Shown here piece by piece: positions 1 to 5,955 of a DNA stretch of 32,000 bases. A model generated the notes under the pieces. It saw only the letters and a list, made by a program, of their open reading frames with translations. It made no database searches and was not told where the DNA came from. Each line of letters begins with the position of its first letter. The first letter of the stretch is position 1. Where the stretch lies: NCBI GenBank assembly GCA_036703965.1, contig DATNQP010000442.1:2247-34246 (forward strand), written 5' to 3'. Position numbers and translations under genes: made by a program. The DNA is from Leptolyngbyaceae cyanobacterium. GTDB taxonomy: Bacteria; Cyanobacteriota; Cyanobacteriia; Cyanobacteriales; Coleofasciculaceae.

Positions 1-925
1 GGACGCTAGGCGATCGCTTTTCGTCCCCTTCAATAAATGCCTCAACCAGCGCTCCCAACTCTGAAATGCGAGTAGAAAAATTCTCCCAAGTCTCACTATG
101 TGCCTGAAAGCTCAAATGCTCCATGCGATCTATCAACGCCGCTACTCGTTCAGCATGGGAGGCTTGCCCTGGCGCTACTTCTGATATGGGTCTCAAATCC
201 AGGATGGCATTGCCCTCTCCAGAAAAACCTTCGTTGAGTTTAACCACCATCCGCTTTAATTGGGGTTGGCGTTCCCACAACTCGGCGGCGGCTACTACTA
301 AATCGTCAGCATTGCGGATACTCTCGCTACCATCGGGACAAGGCACACCACTTTCGGCAAAAATTTCCCGACTCCCGCTCTTTGTACCCCAATACAGTAA
401 ATCTGGAGCTGGGGCAAGTAGAGGAATATCGAGTTGGACGGATAATTCTTGCTCCAACTGCGTTGAGTTATAACAAACCATGTAAGACTTTTGAGGCCGC
501 AGGGCTTGACGAATTCGCTCTATTAAGCGGGGGCGCTCTAAAATCTTTTGGGTTAGGGGTTTGAGAGAGCCATCATACGTCGAAAGCAGCAGCAGGCGAT
601 CGCGGGCATGAGAGAAGGGAATTCCAGGCAACAGCTGCAAATAGTACTCAATCACAATCGGCGACAAAGGCTGTGCCGTAATGTAAATCAACCGGGTGCG
701 GGGATTGCGTAGACGAATCAACGAAAATAAAAGCCGTTCTTCGTAGTGTAGAAAGCCTTCAATCTTCTTGAGTTCTCGCTGATCAACACTGACCGAAGGC
801 ACAACTAAAATGTCCCGATCGTCCTGGTCAAATAAATCAACGCTATTCCAGCGATCGCGCAACTGGCTCTGAAGCTGCCGAAATTGCTCTGCGCTAACAG
901 AGGAAGAAGAATTCAAAGTATGCAT
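1..925 (-). CDS. ATP-grasp family protein (PGM1-like peptide-ligase type), N-terminal part; C-terminus runs off the window
   Basis: Absent from the ORF track because it has no stop inside the window. The reverse-strand ATG at 925-923 opens a stop-free frame to position 1. Translation: MHTLNSSSSVSAEQFRQLQSQLRDRWNSVDLFDQDDRDILVVPSVSVDQRELKKIEGFLHYEERLLFSLIRLRNPRTRLIYITAQP...MVVKLNEGFSGEGNAI. I recognise this pattern from cyanobacterial ATP-grasp ligases. Confidence 0.55.
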   Translation of the reverse strand, partial: MHTLNSSSSVSAEQFRQLQSQLRDRWNSVDLFDQDDRDILVVPSVSVDQRELKKIEGFLHYEERLLFSLIRLRNPRTRLIYITAQPLSPIVIEYYLQLLPGIPFSHARDRLLLLSTYDGSLKPLTQKILERPRLIERIRQALRPQKSYMVCYNSTQLEQELSVQLDIPLLAPAPDLLYWGTKSGSREIFAESGVPCPDGSESIRNADDLVVAAAELWERQPQLKRMVVKLNEGFSGEGNAILDLRPISEVAPGQASHAERVAALIDRMEHLSFQAHSETWENFSTRISELGALVEAFIEGDEKRSPSV

Positions 926-1009
926 CGCCCCAGACCCGCCTTAATGCTGATAAATGCCATATTAACGGTTGCTAGAGCTAGTGGTTAATAAACGGTTATC
1001 AAGTTGAAA

Positions 1010-1852
1010 TTATTCTTCCTGTGCCAATTGAGCTTTAGCTTGCTGCCAGAGATGCTCTAATTCTGCCAAGGTGTAGTCCGAAAGGGAACGGTCCGCGATC
1101 GCCTCCATTGCTGCTAAACGTTGAATAAACCGCAGGTTAGTTCCCTGTAAGGCCTCCGTTGGGTCAAGCTCGTACCAACGCGCAATGTTAATCAGGGTAA
1201 ACAACAAATCTCCCAATTCTGCCTGCTGGTGGGTTTTGTCTTCCTGCTCAACAGCCTGCTGGAATTCCGCTAATTCTTCGTCAAATTTTGCCCAGACACC
1301 TTCAACATTATCCCATTCAAAACCTGCCGCAGCGGCTTTTTGAGAAATCTTCATTCCCGCCATCAGGGGTGGCAGGGTGCGGGCATAACGCTCCAGTTTA
1401 CGACTAAGTCGCTGAGCCTGTGCCGTCGTCTCTCCTTTTTCCGCCGCTTTAATTTGCTCCCAGTTCTTATGGACTTCCTCAGCATCTTGAACTTCGACCT
1501 CTCCAAAGACATGAGGATGACGCCGAATTAGTTTTTGGGTAATGCCTTGAGCGACATCTGTCAAGGTAAACTGTCCCTCCTCACCCGCAATCTGAGCTTG
1601 GAGTACCACCTGCAACAGCAAGTCTCCCAATTCTTCAGCGATCGCATTTTTATCGCCACTCCGAATTGCATCCACTACCTCATACGCTTCCTCAATTACA
1701 TAAGGTGTCAGTGTCTGGGGCGTCTGGGCAAGATCCCAGGGACAGCCACCATCAGGCGATCGCAACTGGGCAACTACATCAATCAGCTGTTGCAGGGCTT
1801 CTAATGCAGAAGCTTGGATACTCAGCTGAGTTGGCTCCTGGGAACTAGACAT
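1010..1852 (-). CDS. mazG: Nucleoside triphosphate pyrophosphohydrolase MazG
   Basis: Tandem MazG-type motifs: EEAYEVVDAI...ELGDLLLQVV and a second EELAEF...ELGDLLFTLINIARW. The track ORF starts at a TTG (1876); the ATG at 1852 (MSSSQEP...) is the more likely start. Confidence 0.85.
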   Translation of the reverse strand: MSSSQEPTQLSIQASALEALQQLIDVVAQLRSPDGGCPWDLAQTPQTLTPYVIEEAYEVVDAIRSGDKNAIAEELGDLLLQVVLQAQIAGEEGQFTLTDVAQGITQKLIRRHPHVFGEVEVQDAEEVHKNWEQIKAAEKGETTAQAQRLSRKLERYARTLPPLMAGMKISQKAAAAGFEWDNVEGVWAKFDEELAEFQQAVEQEDKTHQQAELGDLLFTLINIARWYELDPTEALQGTNLRFIQRLAAMEAIADRSLSDYTLAELEHLWQQAKAQLAQEE

Positions 1853-1918
1853 GAAGAAAAACTCAAAACCACTCAACTATTCTTATCGAGATTTTCAACA
1901 ATGGCTAATTGGAGCAGA

Positions 1919-1946
1919 ATTACCCATTACCCATTACCCATTACCC
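1919..1946. repeat. Heptanucleotide tandem repeat (ATTACCC x4), STRR-like cyanobacterial short tandem repeat
   Basis: Four perfect consecutive ATTACCC copies in the intergenic region between mazG and the next gene. Confidence 0.8.
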
Positions 1947-1981
1947 TCTCACCTTTGTAGCTAGCATTTAGTGAAATAGTA

Positions 1982-2599
1982 TTACCTCTGTGTCCTCTGC
2001 GTCTTTGCGGTTCGTTTTTGTGAAGTAAGCCTGCGATTAATAGATTTGCGCTTAGGCTTCTTCTTCGCCAATTGAGGCATCAAGCCCTTCACCCCCGTTC
2101 TTTTAAAACGCTTGTAGGCAGAATTAGTCCAGTCACTCAAAGAATGGCTCATTGCTCCCACCTCTAAACCCACAAACAGAGCAATCCACTCGGTTCGATA
2201 ACGGATGAGCGAATGCCCAACATCTTTAGTAAACCCCTGCCAACGAGCAGGTTCATCTCCCAACAAGTGGAAAACCGCTAAAATTAGCACCCCAAAGACA
2301 ACTATCCAGCTAGCCAGATAAAGCACTCGCAACGTTGTCCCGATTAGCGGTCCGTGAGAAAAAACCGACCGATGGCGCATTGCCTTTTGGTAGGGTATCC
2401 AAATCCAGCGCAGCCAGCCCCAACGCTTGAAGGGTCGCGAGTGAAGATCCAAGTCAGGACTCAACACCAACCCACTGAAAAGAAACCCTCCTGAAACGAG
2501 CAACGTCAGATTGCTACTCCTAGTCAGTACAGCGCTCAAACCCGTTACTATTGGCAAGCTCCATAGAGTTATGCGATCATGTGTTGAACCAGAGGGCAT
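1982..2599 (-). CDS. Small membrane protein, DUF2227-like putative metal-binding protein with a highly basic C-terminal tail
   Basis: 205-aa ORF. The N-terminus MPSGSTHDRITLWSLP resembles the conserved cyanobacterial DUF2227 family. It has several hydrophobic segments and a K/R-rich tail (KKKPKRKSINRRLTSQKRTAKTQRTQR). Confidence 0.5.
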   Translation of the reverse strand: MPSGSTHDRITLWSLPIVTGLSAVLTRSSNLTLLVSGGFLFSGLVLSPDLDLHSRPFKRWGWLRWIWIPYQKAMRHRSVFSHGPLIGTTLRVLYLASWIVVFGVLILAVFHLLGDEPARWQGFTKDVGHSLIRYRTEWIALFVGLEVGAMSHSLSDWTNSAYKRFKRTGVKGLMPQLAKKKPKRKSINRRLTSQKRTAKTQRTQR

Positions 2600-2603
2600 T
2601 TCT

Positions 2604-2632
2604 TTGTCATCTCGTGCTAACCTAAGTATGAT
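2604..2632 (+). promoter_or_regulatory. Possible sigma70-type promoter of tRNA-Val
   Basis: TTGTCA (2604-2609), 17-nt spacer, TATGAT (2627-2632). The -10 box sits only 3 nt before the mature tRNA 5' end, which is tight, so this is tentative. Confidence 0.3.
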
Positions 2633-2635
2633 ACC

Positions 2636-2707
2636 GGGCGATTAGCTCAACGGTAGAGCGCCTGCCTTACAAGCAGGATGTTACTGGTTCGAATCCAGTA
2701 TTGCCCA
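2636..2707 (+). tRNA. tRNA-Val: tRNA-Val, anticodon UAC
   Basis: 72-nt cloverleaf. Acceptor stem GGGCGAT/ATTGCCC, anticodon arm CCTGC-CTTACAA-GCAGG with TAC at 2668-2670, T-arm CTGGTTCGAATCCAG, discriminator A. No encoded CCA. Confidence 0.93.
2652..2672 (+). other. CAST homing target: GGTA PAM (2652-2655) plus 17-nt protospacer (2656-2672) inside tRNA-Val
   Basis: GAGCGCCTGCCTTACAA at 2656-2672 is identical to the reverse complement of 2945-2961, the guide of the short crRNA. It is preceded by GTA, which fits the GTN PAM known for Cas12k. Confidence 0.85.
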
Positions 2708-2714
2708 TTGTGCC

Positions 2715-2838
2715 TGTCGAATAACACTTTATTTGTCGTCGTTAACAGATTCGTGTCGCTGTTAACACTTTAGTGTCGTCATTAACAAATTATTGTCATC
2801 TAATTCGTTCCAATGGCTGATAACAAATTATTGTCGTC
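2715..2838. repeat. CAST transposon end with five 20-bp TnsB-binding-type repeats
   Basis: Terminus TGTCGA at 2715. Units: ATAACACTTTATTTGTCGTC (2721-2740), GTTAACAGATTCGTGTCGCT (2741-2760), GTTAACACTTTAGTGTCGTC (2761-2780), ATTAACAAATTATTGTCATC (2781-2800) and, after an 18-bp gap, GATAACAAATTATTGTCGTC (2819-2838). From memory, the layout and consensus closely resemble the ShCAST end used as LE (GTGACAAATTATCTGTCGTC units). Confidence 0.85.
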
Positions 2839-2944
2839 CAGATGACCCCCAACCAGTAGAACGATATGACCGACACTAAAGTATGACCTCATCATAACTT
2901 GCTCCAACCACAAGGATGAGCTACTATCCATGCCTAGTCTTGTG

Positions 2945-2975
2945 TTGTAAGGCAGGCGCTCCTTTCAACCCTTCC
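2945..2975 (-). ncRNA. Delocalized short crRNA (truncated repeat plus 17-nt tRNA-Val homing guide)
   Basis: The minus strand reads GGAAGGGTTGAAAG then GAGCGCCTGCCTTACAA. The 10 nt GGGTTGAAAG equal the 3' end of the array repeat. The guide matches tRNA-Val 2656-2672 and diverges at the next base. This matches the published behaviour of V-K CAST homing crRNAs. Confidence 0.8.
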
Positions 2976-3072
2976 TAAAAATATTGTCAATTCTCAAATT
3001 TTTAAATCGTTTGCTTACATTAAGCAGCGTTAACATACCTTGCATGGCAAGCAGGCACAAGTCTTTTCTGGG

Positions 3073-3327
3073 CTTTCAACCCACCCTACTGCGGGAGGGT
3101 TGATGAAACTTTTGCAAATTCCGGTTCGACCGGAATCTGCAAATCTTTCAACCCACCCTACTGCAGTAGGGTGGGTTGATGAAACCCCTTTGTGCCTCGT
3201 TAATCAACCTCTGTGTCGTCTTTCAACCCACCCTACTGCGGGAGGGTTGATGAAACGTTCTCTAACTGACTTATAACGTTATCAGTCAGTCTTTCAACCC
3301 ACCCTACTGCGGGAGGGTTGATGAAAC
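3073..3327 (-). CRISPR. Type V-K CRISPR array, 4 repeats and 3 spacers, transcribed on the minus strand
   Basis: 37-nt repeats at 3073-3109, 3220-3256 and 3291-3327 (minus strand GTTTCATCAACCCTCCCGCAGTAGGGTGGGTTGAAAG), plus a 41-nt variant at 3145-3185. Spacers at 3110-3144 (35 nt), 3186-3219 (34 nt) and 3257-3290 (34 nt). The GGTTGAAAG 3' end of the repeat is as in ShCAST. Confidence 0.95.
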
Positions 3328-3400
3328 CGCGCCCGCTGAAACCCTTGTCTACACAAGCTGACAAATGCATTTTTGTCGGCTGATTTTAAATTACTCATTT

Positions 3401-3429
3401 CAGCTCTTTCCCAAGCCGGGAAAGAGCTG
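3401..3429. other. Perfect 12-bp stem / 5-nt loop hairpin between the tracrRNA and the CRISPR leader
   Basis: CAGCTCTTTCCC-AAGCC-GGGAAAGAGCTG. There is no flanking T-run on either strand, so it is not a canonical terminator. Function unknown. Confidence 0.6.
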
Positions 3430-3526
3430 ATGTGAATCTCTAAAATCAAGAGTGGACAAGAGTTTTGAACTACTGACGGCAACTCAGGGATTTTGCCCCC
3501 GCTTTGAGCCGTCAGAAAAATATTTA

Positions 3527-3836
3527 GGGAGGGTTCCCCCGAAGGGGATGAGTTCGGAACTATGCGGATTACCGCACCCTTGTAAACAAGGGCTAAGCTT
3601 TGGGAAAAATTACCTTCTCCCTCAGCCGTACCACATTTTGCTGGGAGCGCACCTATCCCGTACTATATACTTCAGTATTCAGACACGGAAATTTTCCCAT
3701 CGATGAAGAAGGTGTCATCGAGGCAGCATCCTGGGCGAGGTTCCAGGGTTCAGAAAGTAGGACTGCCTTCCGAGCAGTCAAACAGACCCTAAATTATCGC
3801 AGTACAGAGGCAATAAGCATGTACTAGTGGCGCTGT
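3527..3836 (-). ncRNA. Cas12k tracrRNA (ends approximate)
   Basis: The minus strand carries, in order, the blocks I recall from the ShCAST tracrRNA: AGCGCC, GCCTCTG, AGGGTCTGTTTGACTG, CTTTCTGAACCCTGG, GATGCTGC, GGATAGGTGCGCTCCCAGCAA and CCCCTTCGGGGGAACCCTCCC. The last block is complementary to the repeat segment GGGTGGGTT. It lies between cas12k and the array, as expected. Confidence 0.85.
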
Positions 3837-3840
3837 TAAT

Positions 3841-3869
3841 TGAATAACATTGTTTATTTATATTGTCAA
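3841..3869 (-). promoter_or_regulatory. Probable tracrRNA promoter
   Basis: On the minus strand: TTGACA (3869-3864), 17-nt spacer, TATTCA (3846-3841). This predicts a start near 3834, just before the conserved AGCGCC block. Confidence 0.45.
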
Positions 3870-3887
3870 GGTTCAGGAAAGGTTTAC

Positions 3888-5816
3888 CTAGCTAGCTGAT
3901 ACTTTACGGTTTTCATAGGCAGCTAGCACTAAATTCCTTGCTTTCTCTTGAGGGGTGTCTCCATGCGGTTGGTGTACTTTTTCTGTGGCAATCCCGGCTC
4001 TTTGGGCTTTAAGCTGAATAGACTCCGCTAACCTGTTGTAACTCCAACGGTGAATGCTGGCACGATAATCCTTGGCGTAGGAATCTTGAAGCTCTTTATA
4101 GCCCGGAAATTTTTGTTCGGCTCTGGCTCGCACTTCACTCTCAACCGCTTCCTCTATATTTCTCAAGTCAGGTAGGACAATACTGCTAGCTCGATACTGT
4201 GAAGCCACTTCCACAATCGCTTTTGCCAGCAGTCTATCCACATACTCCCCTTGTTTTGATTCTCCAAAGTTACAACGAGCACCTTTTTTTTGAGCGTTGT
4301 GGCGTTTGTGGCTATTGAGACATTCTTGCTCTCGCCAATGCTTGAGTTGCTCATACTGAGTCTTTTTCTTCTTAGTTTTCCCCTCTTTAATTGGCTTGCT
4401 CAGTAATTGCTTAACATCACGGTATGCCAAAACTGCGCCAGTTTCGATGTTGACCACCGCAACCGTTGCTGGTTTAGCTCGACCGAAGCTTACCCCAATG
4501 ACAATTGAGGGATTGCCCTTGTAGCCTGCTCGACTGGGACGAGAGAACCCCCGAAACGTTTGAAGTCGCTCTAGAGAAGATTCGTAATCTTTCAGCTTAG
4601 GACTCCGGCTACCTTTTGCTTTCATGCTGTCGATAATCTTTTGCGTTTTCGCAATTTTCTCTGCACGTACTTCCTCTGTTCCCTCAGCCGTCCACAAACG
4701 AGTTTCAACAGAGCAGTGAAGCAACAGCCGATGCACTTGCCAGGGTTCGCCTTCGCCTTCACTTTCTTGCCAAACTAGTCGAGCAGAACGTAAGCTTAAC
4801 AATCCAGCAGGAGCCTGCACCTTGTTGTGCGTAAAAATTTTGTAGTCTTCATCAAAGCGTTCAAACCAGTGTAGTTGGCGCTGGTCGCAAAAGACCTCAA
4901 AGGTATGCTGGCTAATGCCTTTGCCATTGAAGCTAACACAGATGCGCCCCTGTTCATTTCTCGACCATCGCAAGTCAGCGTTGGTTCCGTAAGATATCGA
5001 GAAGGGAACAGGGCTTTGTTTTCTAGTCAGACTGGCTTGCACTTGTCTCGATTTTTCTTCCTCAATGATTCGACCTTGCTCTTGTTCCACGGCTTCCACG
5101 CACTGTTGCTTAGATAAGTTTCTTCCTTTGGGAAGACGGCTTTTGAGTTGTTTTTTTAGGCGTTCGATTTGAATTTCCTTCTTGCGCCGCCGCTGTTTAT
5201 AGGCTTTGGGGTCTTCTTCTACTTCGCTAACCTGGCAGCGATTTTTCAATAAATAAGCAATAGCGCAGCGTTGCTGGGGAGCTTTAGCTTTATCGTAGGC
5301 TTGGAAGAGGCTGTTGAATAAGGCTTTTGAATTATCCTTGGGAGCTGGGTCTGGTTTTTCTTCTTGGTTGTGCTCTAACTCAGCCTTTTTCTTGGTGAGG
5401 ATTTTCGTAGCTTGAACACGTAGCGTTTCTAAACTACAACCGCTTTCTAGTTCTAGTTCCAAATCGCTTTTAAGCATATCGAGCCAGTGTTGTTTTCTCT
5501 GGAGACGAAACCTCCGTTTTTCTTGTAGAGCAAACCAGGACTTGTAAATGTCTTTGACTAAGTTCTCAGCAGCGTTCGCGAAACGTCCTGGCATATCCTG
5601 GAAGCGAAACTCACCTCTGAGGTTTTTGCAGAGTCCTTCGATGACTTGGGCTGTAATGTTTCCTTCTTCCAACCACTTATCAAAATCCGGGTGAGTATTA
5701 ATCTGGTTTAGCAGTTCATTGACCAAAAGTGTATGTTTCTCCACCATTAGGCTCCAGAGATGACGCAGCGAGTCTAATGGTGCTTTGAGTTGGCATTGAA
5801 CTGTAATGACGCTCAT
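3888..5816 (-). CDS. cas12k: Cas12k (type V-K effector)
   Basis: The 642-aa product is collinear with ShCas12k as I recall it. Examples: MSVITVQCQL.., HPDFDKWLEEG, LHWFERF, GEGEPWQVHRLLLHC, KPATVAVVNIETGAVLAYRDVKQLL, EQKFPGYKE, IHRWSYNRLAESIQLKAQRAGI. It is followed by the tracrRNA and array. Confidence 0.95.
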   Translation of the reverse strand: MSVITVQCQLKAPLDSLRHLWSLMVEKHTLLVNELLNQINTHPDFDKWLEEGNITAQVIEGLCKNLRGEFRFQDMPGRFANAAENLVKDIYKSWFALQEKRRFRLQRKQHWLDMLKSDLELELESGCSLETLRVQATKILTKKKAELEHNQEEKPDPAPKDNSKALFNSLFQAYDKAKAPQQRCAIAYLLKNRCQVSEVEEDPKAYKQRRRKKEIQIERLKKQLKSRLPKGRNLSKQQCVEAVEQEQGRIIEEEKSRQVQASLTRKQSPVPFSISYGTNADLRWSRNEQGRICVSFNGKGISQHTFEVFCDQRQLHWFERFDEDYKIFTHNKVQAPAGLLSLRSARLVWQESEGEGEPWQVHRLLLHCSVETRLWTAEGTEEVRAEKIAKTQKIIDSMKAKGSRSPKLKDYESSLERLQTFRGFSRPSRAGYKGNPSIVIGVSFGRAKPATVAVVNIETGAVLAYRDVKQLLSKPIKEGKTKKKKTQYEQLKHWREQECLNSHKRHNAQKKGARCNFGESKQGEYVDRLLAKAIVEVASQYRASSIVLPDLRNIEEAVESEVRARAEQKFPGYKELQDSYAKDYRASIHRWSYNRLAESIQLKAQRAGIATEKVHQPHGDTPQEKARNLVLAAYENRKVSAS

Positions 5817-5955
5817 GACTTGGGAAAACTAAGAGAGTAAAATTCGAGAAGGTGAATGAAAACAGGTGTACTACATAACCCCAGACAAAAACAGTTGTTC
5901 TAATTACAGGGAAAGCGATTGCCTCTGGCACCGCCCTTTGGGGCGATCGCGGTTT

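Noticed and set aside
123-564. Two plus-strand ORFs (116 aa and 60 aa)
   Set aside because: They are antisense to a much longer, clearly protein-like ATP-grasp reading frame that runs off the window.
3110-3144. Possibility that the palindromic spacer derives from a tRNA T-arm (CCGGTTCGACCGG)
   Set aside because: The loop is 5 nt rather than the 7-nt T-loop, and the flanks do not fit a tRNA. The resemblance to GGTTCGA is probably coincidental. It is kept only as a palindrome observation.
3040-3276. 78-aa plus-strand ORF with the repeated peptide STHPTAGGLMK
   Set aside because: It is simply the translation of the CRISPR repeats, so the periodic peptide is an artefact of the array.
3452-3827. 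Plus-strand ORFs of 84 aa (3452-3706) and 75 aa (3600-3827), and the minus-strand ORF at 3294-3482
   Set aside because: They lie over the tracrRNA and the array leader, where conserved RNA blocks explain the sequence. They have no protein-like features.
2715-5816. Absence of cas1/cas2 and of RuvC nuclease activity as an anomaly
   Set aside because: Lack of adaptation genes and a naturally inactivated nuclease are normal for type V-K systems. I also cannot judge catalytic residues reliably by eye.
5817-5955. Searched the cas12k upstream region for the TGTGCTTA operator motif or a MerR-type palindrome
   Set aside because: Neither is present, so I make no claim of regulation of cas12k by the RHH protein.
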